A DNA stretch of 35,611 nucleotides from a virus (Duplodnaviria > Caudoviricetes), in the IMG/VR virus record IMGVR_UViG_3300042465_001705, positions 1 through 35,611 of that record, one strand, 5' to 3'. A program made the translations under genes and the position numbers. Below the pieces are notes generated by a model. The model did no database searches, was not told the DNA's origin, and saw only the letters and a list, made by a program, of their open reading frames with translations. This document shows, piece by piece, positions 25,179-35,280 of this stretch (the stretch's first letter is position 1; every line of letters starts with the position of its first letter).

Positions 25179-25855
25179 TGGCTCTCGGTCCAAATCTAAC
25201 CACGGTTACTTTAACGGGTAGTTATGTTGATTTTGAAGGAACCGCTGTTGAAGGTCAGGTTCGCTTTAGTATCGGCGAGGTTTTGCGTAACGGCACAGAT
25301 GACCAGATGGTCGCACCTTCTAGCGTAGTTGTGCCTTTGAGTTCAGGTTCATTCTCGGTCTCACTCCCTGCAACCAATGACCCAGATGTAGTTCCAAATC
25401 CTTTTGTTTATACCGTTGAGGAGTCATTTCCTAATGGTCGAACCTATGAAATCAGTATCCCTTACACCACTTCAGGGTCACTAGATTTAGCAGATATTAG
25501 CCCAGACCCAACTTTAAGTGAAAGTTATGTAGCGGCAGTAGACCTTACTTCTTGGAACACCCTTGAGTCCAACATTACCGCTTTGGATGCTTTCATTGAC
25601 CAAGCGGAAGATAAGTTCCCTGCCTCTGGTCAGTATTGGTATATTGATTCTGCTTATTCAACATACACAGCACTCGATACAGCCTTTGCTACATACACCG
25701 CTCTCGCCGCGGCTACACACAATATTTCAGGCGCAGACATCACATCATTCGTAACCTCGGCGCAGGGTTACGCTTCTTCAGCATCAGCAAGCGCTACGAC
25801 AGCCCAAAATAATGCGGCTGGTATCATTAGTCCATTATTACTCATCGGAGGATAA
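25178..25855 (+). CDS. putative virion appendage protein (paralog of 24434..24979)
   Basis: Shared N-terminal domain with 24434..24979; ends PLLLIGG. Confidence 0.7.
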   Translation: MALGPNLTTVTLTGSYVDFEGTAVEGQVRFSIGEVLRNGTDDQMVAPSSVVVPLSSGSFSVSLPATNDPDVVPNPFVYTVEESFPNGRTYEISIPYTTSGSLDLADISPDPTLSESYVAAVDLTSWNTLESNITALDAFIDQAEDKFPASGQYWYIDSAYSTYTALDTAFATYTALAAATHNISGADITSFVTSAQGYASSASASATTAQNNAAGIISPLLLIGG

Positions 25856-25859
25856 CCGC

Positions 25860-26189
25860 ATGGCAACAACTTACAAGGTTCTAGGGCAATCAAACCCTTC
25901 AGCCACTACTGCCACAACACTTTACACTTGCCCTGCCGCTACACAGACGGTTATCTCAACCATCACCATCTGTAATCAGGCTGGCACAAGTGGAACATAT
26001 CGAGTTGCAGTTCGCCCAAATGGAGCGACTTTAGCAACCGAGCATTACATTGTTTACGATGCAACAATCCAAGCAAATACAACCTCGGCTTATACCCTAG
26101 GGCTTACAATTGATGCTTCAGATGTTGTAACAGTCTACGCATCAACTACAAGTTTCTCATTCAGCGCATTTGGAAGCGAGATAGCATAA
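25860..26189 (+). CDS. putative virion adaptor/structural protein (start moved from 25812)
   Basis: GGAGG RBS before ATG 25860; MATTYKVLGQSNPSATTATTLYT...FGSEIA. Confidence 0.75.
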   Translation: MATTYKVLGQSNPSATTATTLYTCPAATQTVISTITICNQAGTSGTYRVAVRPNGATLATEHYIVYDATIQANTTSAYTLGLTIDASDVVTVYASTTSFSFSAFGSEIA

Positions 26190-26190
26190 T

Positions 26191-26838
26191 ATGGCAATTA
26201 CCACTAATGGTGGCGCTGGAGTCACCGCAGATGCAGTAGCAACACTTACAAACAAGACTTTGACAGCCCCAGTAATTAGTGATGCAACCTTTACGGGCGC
26301 TCAGGCTGGTCTTGAAATTAAGTTTGGTAACAACATTGTTCTTGAAGGAACAACTGATAACGCTTTTGAGATGACTCTCTCAGGCGGAGACCCAACTGCT
26401 GACCGCACAGTTACCCTTCCAGATGTCACAGGAACAGTCGTAACTACTGGAAACCTTTCAGCAATTACAACTCTTACTAGCCCAACAATTACTGGAGCAG
26501 TATTTAATGATGGCTCAGTAGTTTTTGAAGGTGCAACAGCAAACGATTTTGAAACAACTTTAGCAATCACAGACCCAACAGCAGATAGAACAATTACATT
26601 CCCTGATTCAACAGGAACAGTTGCACTCACATCAGGAGTAATCAATAACTCTTTGGTTACAACAACTGGTGACACTATCTACGCATCAGGAGCAAGCACT
26701 CCTGCTAGACTCGCAATCGGAACAGCGGGACAAACTCTAACTGTTTCGGCTGGTGGAATCCCTGAGTGGGCAACTCCAGCGGCAGGAACAACAGCCAACG
26801 ACCAAGCCTTCGCCTTCGCGGTGCAGGTATTCGCATAA
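26191..26838 (+). CDS. fibre-shaft-like protein
   Basis: TLTNKTLTAP, two EG.T...FE.TL...DPTADRT.T.PD.TGTV repeats, GD.IYA....PARLAIGTAGQ.LTV..GG.PEW. Confidence 0.7.
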   Translation: MAITTNGGAGVTADAVATLTNKTLTAPVISDATFTGAQAGLEIKFGNNIVLEGTTDNAFEMTLSGGDPTADRTVTLPDVTGTVVTTGNLSAITTLTSPTITGAVFNDGSVVFEGATANDFETTLAITDPTADRTITFPDSTGTVALTSGVINNSLVTTTGDTIYASGASTPARLAIGTAGQTLTVSAGGIPEWATPAAGTTANDQAFAFAVQVFA

Positions 26839-26851
26839 GGAGAAATAGAAT

Positions 26852-27211
26852 ATGGCAACAACAGTATCTCGAATCCCACTATCAGGTTCAACACATGGTC
26901 GTGGAGTCAAAGTTGCGGCAACATCAAGCGCTGGAACAACAATTCACACAGCAACATCTTCTACTACTGACTGCGATGTCGTAACAATTTATGCTTACAA
27001 CTCATCAGGTTCAGCAGTAAACCTAACCCTTCAATGGGGTGGAACAACTTCAGTTGATGACGACATTAAGTTGTCTATTCCCGCAACATCAGGTCTAACA
27101 CTTATTGCTCCTGACCTAGTTCTTCGTAACTCATTAGTTATCAAGGCTTATGCTGGAACAGCAGATGTTGTCACAATCCACGGATTTGCTAACCGCGTAA
27201 CAACTGCTTAA
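26852..27211 (+). CDS. putative virion adaptor/structural protein
   Basis: 119 aa beta-rich; AAGGAG RBS. Confidence 0.7.
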   Translation: MATTVSRIPLSGSTHGRGVKVAATSSAGTTIHTATSSTTDCDVVTIYAYNSSGSAVNLTLQWGGTTSVDDDIKLSIPATSGLTLIAPDLVLRNSLVIKAYAGTADVVTIHGFANRVTTA

Positions 27212-27223
27212 GAGGGAGTCACC

Positions 27224-27847
27224 GTGTCCCTAGCGACCCGACTATTAAATGCTAACCCAGGAGCGCAAGTAACTACTGCGCTTACTGGGGCTTTAACGAC
27301 CCCAGGCGCTAAAGGCACTTTTACCGACCCTGGCTCTTTCTTTTCTATTGCCAGCACAACAGTCGGTGCAGGTGGCACTCCAAGTGTAACTTTTACTGAT
27401 GGCGGTGCTTGGGCTGATTACAAACATTTACAAATTAGATGCCGAGTAATGTCTGCAAGCGGAACACCTGAGTTGGTTCTCAATTTCAACGGAGTTACTG
27501 GTTCTACCATCTACACTCAACACGCAGTTTATGGAACCGCAGATGGTTCTACTCCTTCGGCTTATGGTGCGGCAAATCAAACACTTGGAATTACATGGCA
27601 AGGAGCAGGTGGAGATACTAATGGTCCTGCTGTAAATATCATTGATATTCCAGAGTTCGCTAATACTAATAAATTCAAAACTTTCCGTTCATTGACAGGT
27701 CGAAATAACTACAATACTGGAACAATCTCAATCAATAGTGGTGGTTTTCGTTCGACTAATGCAATAACAAGTATTACTTTCAGCACAATCTCATCAGTTA
27801 ATTTTGCACAGCATAGTTTCTTCGGACTTTATGGGATAAAGGGTTAA
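27224..27847 (+). CDS. fibre-tip-like protein, paralog 1 of 3
   Basis: GTG start with GGGAG RBS; IAS.TVG.GG..S.TF, Y.HL.I, FNG, I.IP.., AITSI, LYGI. Confidence 0.7.
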   Translation: MSLATRLLNANPGAQVTTALTGALTTPGAKGTFTDPGSFFSIASTTVGAGGTPSVTFTDGGAWADYKHLQIRCRVMSASGTPELVLNFNGVTGSTIYTQHAVYGTADGSTPSAYGAANQTLGITWQGAGGDTNGPAVNIIDIPEFANTNKFKTFRSLTGRNNYNTGTISINSGGFRSTNAITSITFSTISSVNFAQHSFFGLYGIKG

Positions 27848-27849
27848 TA

Positions 27850-28371
27850 ATGCCATTAACATTTGACACAATAGCAACCACTACTTTAAGTAGCACACAA
27901 AATGTTGTTACCTTTAACAGTTTTGCTGGCTATACAGATTTAGTAGTTATTGCTTCCGTAAAAAATACTGGAACTTCTACTTATGTTGTGTCGTGGGGCG
28001 GCTTAAGATTTAATGGTGATGCTACTGCTAATAAATACAGCAATATGGGAATTACATCGCGAGTTACTCCTACAAATACTCTCACTTCGGATAGTAGCGT
28101 TGGTAATGCTCTTGCTTGCATGAATGTTTTTCGTGACGACCATGACAACTTTAATACAACCATTATCCATATACCAAATTACGCATCTACAACAACATAC
28201 AAAAATGCTCTTGGCACATCTACTGGAAGCATGAGATTTGTATTTGAGTCTATTGGAATATGGAAAGATAATTCAGCAATTACATCTTTAAGTTTTATTT
28301 CAGAAGATTCTAGCGTTTCACGATTTGATGTAGGTTCGGTTTTTACCCTATACGGAATACTGGCGGCATAA
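27850..28371 (+). CDS. fibre-tip-like protein, paralog 2 of 3
   Basis: IATTTL, YTDL, RFNGD, IHIPNY..T..YK, W....AITSL, LYGI. Confidence 0.7.
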   Translation: MPLTFDTIATTTLSSTQNVVTFNSFAGYTDLVVIASVKNTGTSTYVVSWGGLRFNGDATANKYSNMGITSRVTPTNTLTSDSSVGNALACMNVFRDDHDNFNTTIIHIPNYASTTTYKNALGTSTGSMRFVFESIGIWKDNSAITSLSFISEDSSVSRFDVGSVFTLYGILAA

Positions 28372-28881
28372 ATGGCATATACATATAAATTGATAGCATC
28401 CGCTTTAGTAGGCTCAGGTGGTGCCGCTAGTTTAGATTTTACATCTATCCCACAAACTTATACTAATCTTTGTATTCTTGCTTCTCCTCGCTCCACCAAT
28501 GCTTTCACAGGAGAAAATATCTACATAAGATTTAATGATTCCACTTCAAGTTACAACTGGGTGAACTTTTATGGAACTGGCTCAGGGTCAGCGTCTATAC
28601 AAAATGGTAGCGATAATCAAGCGGGAACTGCTGTTGGCGCAAGTGCTACAACAAGTTTTTTTGGAAATGTTTGTATTTATATTCCTGAATATACAACCAC
28701 TAAATACAAAACATTGATTTCGGATAGTAATGTTGAAAATAACGCAACCCGCGGAGATAATACTTTGTGGGGAACTATGTGGAGTAATACTGCCGCAATC
28801 ACTTCAATAAAATTGTTCCCGTCTACTGGTGTATGGGCGCAAGACTCAAATGCTTATCTATACGGAATAACTAAATCCTAA
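28372..28881 (+). CDS. fibre-tip-like protein, paralog 3 of 3
   Basis: IAS..VGSGG.ASL.FTSIPQTYT.L, RFN, IYIPEY....YK, WSNTAAITSI, LYGI. Confidence 0.7.
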   Translation: MAYTYKLIASALVGSGGAASLDFTSIPQTYTNLCILASPRSTNAFTGENIYIRFNDSTSSYNWVNFYGTGSGSASIQNGSDNQAGTAVGASATTSFFGNVCIYIPEYTTTKYKTLISDSNVENNATRGDNTLWGTMWSNTAAITSIKLFPSTGVWAQDSNAYLYGITKS

Positions 28882-28894
28882 AGGGGGATAACTA

Positions 28895-29128
28895 ATGCCA
28901 AATCCAACAAAACTGGTAATCAACTGCGCCACGGGAGTTCAAGAAGATATTGAAATGACCGATGAAGAAGTTGCTGAACTTCAGCAAAGAGAACAAGCAT
29001 ACGCACTAGAGGTAGCGGAGCGCACAGCGGCGGCAGAAGCCCTTGCTACACTCAAGGCAAGCGCTAAGGCTAAACTCGTTGCTGGCACACCTTTAACAGA
29101 AGAAGAAGCCGCAGTTCTAGTAATTTAA
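28895..29128 (+). CDS. small helical protein, possibly fibre assembly chaperone
   Basis: 77 aa; NCATG...IEMTDEE...KASAKAKL..G.PLTEEEA. Confidence 0.6.
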   Translation: MPNPTKLVINCATGVQEDIEMTDEEVAELQQREQAYALEVAERTAAAEALATLKASAKAKLVAGTPLTEEEAAVLVI

Positions 29129-29155
29129 TTCAACCGTAGTAAGAAAGGTAGAGAA

Positions 29156-30115
29156 ATGGCTCCACATTTAGGACTCCAACGAATAATGATTCCTGGGTCG
29201 CAAGTCTCTGCTTTGACGACTGGAAATGTGACTTTGCCTGGTGCGAGAGGTGCATTTGCTCAATCTACTGGGCGAGGTCTATTTGGTGGTGCCACCGCTT
29301 CTGCGCAGATTTCATACATAACTATTGCCACTACTGGTAATAGCGCAACCTTTGGTAATTCAACTGTTGCAAGAGGTGGCTCTCAAGGGTGTGGAAGTTC
29401 AACAAGGATATTGTTTGGTGGCGGGTCAAGTCAATCAAATGTTATTGATTATTTTACTGCCTCAAGCCTTGGAAACGCAACGGATTTTGGTGATTTGACC
29501 CAAGGAAGAACGCAGATTAGTTCTTGTAATAGCCCAACTAGGGGAATTTGGTGTGGTGGTAACGAAGGTGGAACAGGCACATCAAATGTAATTGATTATA
29601 TTACTATTGCCTCTATTGGAAATGCAACAGACTTCGGTGATTTGAACATAGCAACAAGAGGTGGAGGCTCTGCTAGTAATACAACAAGAGGTTTATTTTT
29701 TGGCGGAGAAAATACAGCGTCTATTCCATTTAATAATATAAGTTATATTACTATTGCTACAACTGGTAATGCCGCAAGTTTTGGCACATTGGTATCTGCT
29801 CGCTCCGATATGTATTCTGCTTGTGCATCATCTACAAGAGCAGTTCACTCATCGGGTTACACCGATACAACCTCGCCTGGATATGTAGAAATTGCGACCC
29901 TTGGAAATGCAACAACCTTTGGCACTTATGCGGGTCGTTATGGTAACTGGGCTATGAGTAATAAAATAAGAGGAGTATTTGGTGGTGGAACCGCTGGCAC
30001 GGGCATGGTTTACATAACTATTGCCACAACTGGTAATGCAACAAGTTTCGGAACTGAACTAGGTCCATCACAAGCACCTTCAGGGGCTAGTGATGCTGGC
30101 GGTGGAGTAGAGTGA
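29156..30115 (+). CDS. six-repeat beta-propeller-like protein, putative receptor-binding/appendage head
   Basis: Six repeats of R(G/I)xFGGG...YITIA(T/S)xGNA(T/A)xFG. Confidence 0.75.
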   Translation: MAPHLGLQRIMIPGSQVSALTTGNVTLPGARGAFAQSTGRGLFGGATASAQISYITIATTGNSATFGNSTVARGGSQGCGSSTRILFGGGSSQSNVIDYFTASSLGNATDFGDLTQGRTQISSCNSPTRGIWCGGNEGGTGTSNVIDYITIASIGNATDFGDLNIATRGGGSASNTTRGLFFGGENTASIPFNNISYITIATTGNAASFGTLVSARSDMYSACASSTRAVHSSGYTDTTSPGYVEIATLGNATTFGTYAGRYGNWAMSNKIRGVFGGGTAGTGMVYITIATTGNATSFGTELGPSQAPSGASDAGGGVE

Positions 30116-30966
30116 GTGAAATACAAAAATCAAAAGAAAGGCAGTTCATGGAGATAGCACTACAAGAAGTAAGCAATGATTTAGCAATAACTCCTGAATA
30201 CAAGGGAATGTTAGAGCATATAAATGCCAATCTTCCCGCTATTAGTAGAGATTCTGAAAACTTTTACAAATCCGCTTCTCAATTTAAGAATGTAACTTTA
30301 GATGTTACTGACCTTACCCCAATGGGGTCTATGAAACATATTTTGGCAGTAATTGACCGCACTCGCATGGCACTTGAAGAAGCACATATTTCACTTAAGC
30401 GTAAACAAATTGAGTTAAAAATAAAAACTGAAGAATATGACAAAGTTCAAGAGGGCAACGAAAAAGAACTTCTTTGGATTGATATTGTTGAAATTAACAA
30501 CCATCTAAATAACTCTGAAAACTCAGTTAAAGGCGCTTTGCGTAAGTTAAGTTTTTTTACTACCCAGTATCAAGCCATTATGGAAAAAATGGGTAAGGAA
30601 GAAATTACTGAAGAAGATTACGAACTAAACGAATCTCGCCACCATGTTATGACCGCTATGAAACAAGCATTGTGCGCGGCTAGGACTAGAGGCGGAGTAA
30701 TTGACGAAGGCAATCATATTTATTTATTTGATATGGGTATCAATGGAGCGGTTGCTCAGGCTGAAGTTTTTGCTTTTTTAGAGGCAGAACAAGAAATGCT
30801 TGTAAGAGGCGAGGAGCCTACGCAAGAACTCACAATGAAATGGCTTGAGGCTTTCGCCGATAAGTTTGCTAATTGTGGGGCAAAATTTGCAGAACTTCGT
30901 GGCTTTATCCCACTCGACAAAAAATCACTAGCGAAAGAGATTACAAGTGGCAAAGAAAGTAATTAG
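30112..30966 (+). CDS. hypothetical helical/coiled-coil protein
   Basis: 284 aa, GTG start overlapping the upstream stop. Confidence 0.75.
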   Translation: MSEIQKSKERQFMEIALQEVSNDLAITPEYKGMLEHINANLPAISRDSENFYKSASQFKNVTLDVTDLTPMGSMKHILAVIDRTRMALEEAHISLKRKQIELKIKTEEYDKVQEGNEKELLWIDIVEINNHLNNSENSVKGALRKLSFFTTQYQAIMEKMGKEEITEEDYELNESRHHVMTAMKQALCAARTRGGVIDEGNHIYLFDMGINGAVAQAEVFAFLEAEQEMLVRGEEPTQELTMKWLEAFADKFANCGAKFAELRGFIPLDKKSLAKEITSGKESN

Positions 30967-31246
30967 TTACAAACTGAACATAGATGGAACTATTCCTGAT
31001 TATGTAGAAGATGGTGGCTACCTAGCAAAAGACGCTAATAACACACCTGCCATGGTTCTTCTTGGTGTCTCAAAAGACGGCGCTGATACTTCAGGAGCCG
31101 AGGCTGAGTTTGCTGATGAGGCAAGCACACTTGCTTATGTTGAAACCTATCTATCAGATTCAACATATACCGACCCCGCAACCAATCAAGAAGAAGTTTT
31201 TCTTGTTGCTGATGCCGTATCTGACCTGTTTGCTAAACTAGCGTAA
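30947..31246 (+). CDS. hypothetical acidic protein
   Basis: 99 aa, GTG start overlapping the upstream gene. Confidence 0.7.
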   Translation: MAKKVISYKLNIDGTIPDYVEDGGYLAKDANNTPAMVLLGVSKDGADTSGAEAEFADEASTLAYVETYLSDSTYTDPATNQEEVFLVADAVSDLFAKLA

Positions 31247-31267
31247 CTTAAGAATTGGGGTCATAAA

Positions 31268-31756
31268 ATGGCAGGAACAACAACCAAGGGTTTGCGTTAC
31301 CCAACCGCGGGTGATAACCCTGCCGTTCATACTGATTTCCTTAATCTTGCCACAGATGTAGATACGGAATTAAACGATTATGCCCTTCTTGCTGGAGCGA
31401 CCTTTACGGGCAATATCCAGATTCCAACTGAGTTGGTCTTTGAAGGCGCGACATCAAATGGCTTTGAAACAACTCTTACAGTTGTAGACCCAACCGCTGA
31501 CAGATTAGTAACTTTTGCAGATGTAAGCGGAACAGTCATTACGACTGGAAATTTAACAGGCATCACAGCCATAAACAGCGCGGTAATCACCAGTTCAACC
31601 ATCACTAGCGGAACTTTGGGCAATGCTCTTGCGGCTGGAACTTTCAAAATTACTGGTCTTGGCGATGCTTCTGAATCAACAGATACCGATGCAGTCAATG
31701 TTAAACAAACCTTAAATCTTGCTCGGACAACTATGTTGCTACTGGGCGGTATGTAA
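31268..31756 (+). CDS. fibre-shaft-like protein
   Basis: GLRYP...D.P, third copy of the FEGAT...FETTL...DPTADR repeat, KITGLGD.....DAVN.KQ; ends LLLGGM. Confidence 0.7.
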   Translation: MAGTTTKGLRYPTAGDNPAVHTDFLNLATDVDTELNDYALLAGATFTGNIQIPTELVFEGATSNGFETTLTVVDPTADRLVTFADVSGTVITTGNLTGITAINSAVITSSTITSGTLGNALAAGTFKITGLGDASESTDTDAVNVKQTLNLARTTMLLLGGM

Positions 31757-32202
31757 TGACATTTACCTATTCAGGAGACCCAAGCACATCGGCTCGAAAC
31801 TATGTTCGTTTTCTTCTTAACGACACAGATTCAACCGATGCGCTTTTTTCAGATGAAGAAATTTCTTATGTCTTAACTGAATGGTCAAATGATTCCTATG
31901 AGGCGGCGCGTGAGTTGGCGGAGATTCTTATTGCTCGCTTTGCCCGTTTAGCGGATAGCACTTCAAAGAGCGTAGGCGATATTTCAGTCTCCGAGTCTTT
32001 TAGTTCAAAGGTAACGCATTACAAAGAGTTGGCTAATAGCCTAGCCAAGCGCAAAATGCGTAAATCTCCTCCTCGCCCATGGGCTAAGGCAGATGCTTTG
32101 AAGTCCACAGACGATAAGACAACTACTGATTTTGCCACAGACTTTGTAGTTGGTCAGATGGATAATCCAAACTCTTACTACGAAACACGCATCGTAGAGT
32201 AG
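31756..32202 (+). CDS. head-tail adaptor (connector) protein
   Basis: TYSGDP......VRFL..DTD....LFSDEEI.Y.L, A...AE...ARFA, KSVGD.S.S. Confidence 0.75.
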   Translation: MTFTYSGDPSTSARNYVRFLLNDTDSTDALFSDEEISYVLTEWSNDSYEAARELAEILIARFARLADSTSKSVGDISVSESFSSKVTHYKELANSLAKRKMRKSPPRPWAKADALKSTDDKTTTDFATDFVVGQMDNPNSYYETRIVE

Positions 32203-32212
32203 GGAGATAGCC

Positions 32213-32551
32213 ATGGCAGATGCTATCTACAACAAAGTCGCTGAGTTTATGACTGACACCGTGGTCTTTACACCCAAGGCTTCAGTTGATAAATACAACA
32301 AAACTACTTTTGGTAATGCTCAAACAAATGTTTCGGCTACTGGTCGCCTTATTTATGACACAGTTCGAAGCCGTGATGTTCAAGGAGTTGAAGTCACCGA
32401 TATTGGTCGTTTCATAACCAAAGGTCCACAGACTTCAATCACCGTGGCACACAGAATGGTTGTGGGAGCAGATACCTTTACTATCAACGCAGTAGACAAT
32501 ATCGCGGATGAAAATGGAGCGCATCACACCGTCATACGCTTTGGTAGATAA
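32213..32551 (+). CDS. head-closure/stopper-like protein
   Basis: 112 aa beta-rich, DKY...FG and DENGAHHT motifs; position after the adaptor. Confidence 0.65.
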   Translation: MADAIYNKVAEFMTDTVVFTPKASVDKYNKTTFGNAQTNVSATGRLIYDTVRSRDVQGVEVTDIGRFITKGPQTSITVAHRMVVGADTFTINAVDNIADENGAHHTVIRFGR

Positions 32552-32553
32552 CC

Positions 32554-32961
32554 ATGGCACAGACCTTTACCTTTGAGTTAGAAGGCGCTCAAGAACTTCG
32601 CAATATGCTTGAAGTCTCTGGAAAAGATGCTGGCAAAGTAGTTGGTCAAGTAATCCTTGAAGAAGCCAATATGATTTTTGCTAAAGCAATGGTTTTGACT
32701 CCTATTGATACAGGCGCTTTGCGTGGCTCAGGCGGAGTTTCAGCCCCTATGAATATGCCTTCAGGCATCGGAGTTGATATTTTCTTTGGCGGTCCAGCCG
32801 CCCCATACGCCATGTATGTCCATGAGATATTAGGGAACTATCACAACCCACCGACACAGGCTAAATATCTGGAACAACCTTTCATGGAGAGATTGCCAGA
32901 AATTCAGCAAAATATGGCTCGGCGTATCATTGACCTTATTAGGAAGAACGGAGCAGTCTAA
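32554..32961 (+). CDS. HK97 gp10-like neck/tail-completion protein
   Basis: PIDTGALRGSG, APYAMYVHE, QAKYLEQP. Confidence 0.8.
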   Translation: MAQTFTFELEGAQELRNMLEVSGKDAGKVVGQVILEEANMIFAKAMVLTPIDTGALRGSGGVSAPMNMPSGIGVDIFFGGPAAPYAMYVHEILGNYHNPPTQAKYLEQPFMERLPEIQQNMARRIIDLIRKNGAV

Positions 32962-33386
32962 TGGCAACAATTCTTGAATCCATAGGCGATTACTTGCAGA
33001 ACACAGCAAGTGCTTTTGGCGCACACGCTTCTCAAGGCACCCTTGGAACTAATCTATTTTTAGCCACCCTTCCTGAGTCTCCTGATGTATGCACAGCGGT
33101 CTATGAGAACTCTGGAACTCCTCCAGCCTTCACTATGGGAACAGGTGGAATTGTTATTGATTATCCAATGCTCCAGATTATTTCTAGGGCGGCAAAAGAA
33201 GATTATCCAACAGCCAGAGACAAAATTGAAGATATTCGAAACTTGCTCGCTTCAATAACTAATGTCACAATTTCGGGTGTCCATGTTTTGCGTATAGAAC
33301 CAATGGGTAGCGTAAACCCATTGGGGATAGACCCAAAGCAGAGACCACTATTATCGGTAAATTTCCGATGTCTAGTGAGGAAATAA
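32961..33386 (+). CDS. tail terminator ('minor capsid'-like) protein
   Basis: LF....PESPD....VYE..G, P.LQI..R, LG.D...RP..SVNF; position in the neck module. Confidence 0.7.
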   Translation: MATILESIGDYLQNTASAFGAHASQGTLGTNLFLATLPESPDVCTAVYENSGTPPAFTMGTGGIVIDYPMLQIISRAAKEDYPTARDKIEDIRNLLASITNVTISGVHVLRIEPMGSVNPLGIDPKQRPLLSVNFRCLVRK

Positions 33387-33388
33387 GC

Positions 33389-33556
33389 ATGGAGCCATTG
33401 GCTCCCCAAGAGAGAGTGGCAGACGCTTATGGCAGAACAGCACTTACAGACGAGTTCCAAAGATGTTGGAAATGCGACAGACTCCTCTTTGAGTCGGCAA
33501 CGCGCCCGTGGAAAATCAGATGCTCCCGTTGTAAATCCAAAAATCAATCAGGGTGA
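33389..33556 (+). CDS. Mu Com-like zinc-finger protein (55 aa)
   Basis: RCWKCDRLLF.......IRCSRCKSKN matches the Com pattern RCxxCxxLL...IKCxRCxxxN; GAGG RBS. Confidence 0.7.
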   Translation: MEPLAPQERVADAYGRTALTDEFQRCWKCDRLLFESATRPWKIRCSRCKSKNQSG

Positions 33557-33806
33557 GTTCGCTGACGCTTTAGAAGGTTTAGTTGGAGTAAGTAAAATTT
33601 ATGAAGGTTGCTCAGTAGGAAGAATAACAAGAGAACTACCAGAACCTTTACAAACAAAATTCAAAGAAACACTTTTGAATGAAAAAGTTAATTCTGCTCG
33701 CTTGGTTGAAGTTTTAGCCAGTTTTGGCATTACGGTAGGCTCTGATGTTATGCGTAGACATCGTAGAAGGTTACTTGGCAAAGATGGTTGTAAGTGTCCT
33801 CGATGA
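33429..33806 (+). CDS. hypothetical protein (start uncertain; overlaps the Com-like gene)
   Basis: C-terminal part has GCSVG...RRHRR...CKC; stop overlaps the ATG of the next gene. Confidence 0.6.
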   Translation: MAEQHLQTSSKDVGNATDSSLSRQRARGKSDAPVVNPKINQGEFADALEGLVGVSKIYEGCSVGRITRELPEPLQTKFKETLLNEKVNSARLVEVLASFGITVGSDVMRRHRRRLLGKDGCKCPR

Positions 33807-34999
33807 ATCTTGATGATGCTTTAGACAATCTCCTTAAAACGACAGAGATTGCTTCAGTTCAAAAGACTGAACCGCGAGAACGAAAAGCCGAATGGCAACC
33901 TGGAGTTACTTGGAATGGTGACGAGGGAGTAGTTACAACAGCCCCAATGGAGGGCGAGAACCATCCAGATTGGTCTGGAGTCCTCAAGATGTGGGGGCTT
34001 GACCCAGAGCATTTCTCAGTTGTCGAACCCGTTCTTTTCAATGTCTGGGGCGACACTATGGGCATCTTGAATCGGCAATGGAAAGGGAAAGTTGTTCGAA
34101 AAGGCGCTAAAGAAAACGCCGATATAGAAGCCTTGATTGAGGAAATAAGAAAACATAAGCCTCGCGCTCCTAAAGTCATGGTGGGAAATTCAAGTCTAGT
34201 GGTGTGCGTTGCCGACTGGCAGACGGGCAAAAGAGATGGCGATGGGCTTAAAGGTTTAGTTGGAAGATGGCTTCAGGCAGTTGATGATGTTGAGTTGAGA
34301 TTAAAAGAATTAAAGAAAATGGGTCGGGCTATTGATTCGATTACAGTTCTTTGTTTAGGAGATTTAGTTGAAGGATGCGATGGTCACTATGACATCCAGA
34401 CTTTCACAGTTGAAGTAGACCGCCGTGACCAAGTAAAGATTGCTCGCCGCCTTTTGCGAGATGCCCTGATTCGCTGGTCAAAACTGGTTCCAGAAATAAC
34501 AGTTGCGGCAATTGGTGGAAACCATGGAGAGAACCGAAAGAACGGAAAGTCCTTTACGACCCTTGGCGATAACGATGATGTTGCCTTAGTTGAGTCCGTG
34601 GCAGAAATCTTCGGGGCTAACCCAGAGGCTTACGGTCATGTTAAGTTTGCAATCCCAACAGATGAGTTAAGTTTGACCCTTGAAGTCAAGGGAAAAATTG
34701 TAGGTATTACCCACGGTCACTTGGCTAGAGGCGGAACTACACCAGAGGCAAAATTGCGCCGATGGATAGCAGACCAAACTCTAGGGCGACAAGCAATAGG
34801 TGATTGCGATATTTTAGTTTCAGGTCATTATCATTCATTAAAGATGGCAGATTGGGGAGGAGTCAAATGGATACAGGCTCCAGCCCTAGACGGGGGAAGT
34901 GTATGGTGGAGACAATCAACGGGCGAAATTGCGGATGTGGGAGTTCTGACATTCCTAGTGTCAAATGCGGGTGTGACAGACCTCCAGTTGCTCCGATGA
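33803..34999 (+). CDS. calcineurin-like metallophosphoesterase (possible nuclease)
   Basis: ADWQ, LGDLVEG, GGNHGE, THGH and SGHYH metal-binding motifs; ATG 33803. Confidence 0.85.
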   Translation: MNLDDALDNLLKTTEIASVQKTEPRERKAEWQPGVTWNGDEGVVTTAPMEGENHPDWSGVLKMWGLDPEHFSVVEPVLFNVWGDTMGILNRQWKGKVVRKGAKENADIEALIEEIRKHKPRAPKVMVGNSSLVVCVADWQTGKRDGDGLKGLVGRWLQAVDDVELRLKELKKMGRAIDSITVLCLGDLVEGCDGHYDIQTFTVEVDRRDQVKIARRLLRDALIRWSKLVPEITVAAIGGNHGENRKNGKSFTTLGDNDDVALVESVAEIFGANPEAYGHVKFAIPTDELSLTLEVKGKIVGITHGHLARGGTTPEAKLRRWIADQTLGRQAIGDCDILVSGHYHSLKMADWGGVKWIQAPALDGGSVWWRQSTGEIADVGVLTFLVSNAGVTDLQLLR

Positions 35000-35280
35000 A
35001 CGACCCTAGAGACATTGCCTCTTATGCGGCTGAACTCGTCTCAGGAGACCGTCAGGAGGCTTACGGACACCCTTTAGATAACTTCACTAGGGCGGCTCAA
35101 ATCTGGAGCGCTATCCTCGGCATCGAGGTCACAGCCGAGCAAGTAAGTCTTTGCATGGTGGGAGTCAAGATTGCCCGAGAAGCCCATGTTACTAAACCAG
35201 ATACAGTTGTAGATGGAATTGGATATTTTTTAACTTTAGCAATGATTCGAGAAGAACGCGCTCGCCGAGAGGCTGAATAG
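34996..35280 (+). CDS. DUF6378-like protein (start moved from 34804)
   Basis: [21 protein letters not shown]......V.LCM...K.AR......D..VD..GY; ATGA coupling. Confidence 0.75.
   Translation: MNDPRDIASYAAELVSGDRQEAYGHPLDNFTRAAQIWSAILGIEVTAEQVSLCMVGVKIAREAHVTKPDTVVDGIGYFLTLAMIREERARREAE

Noticed and set aside
21407-31698. Minus-strand ORFs in the structural region (21407..21853, 26301..26675, 31378..31698 and others)
   Set aside because: Antisense shadows of codon-biased + strand genes, with no independent evidence.
34804-34995. N-terminal extension of the DUF6378-like ORF
   Set aside because: It lies inside the phosphoesterase gene; the ATGA-coupled start at 34996 fits the domain boundary.
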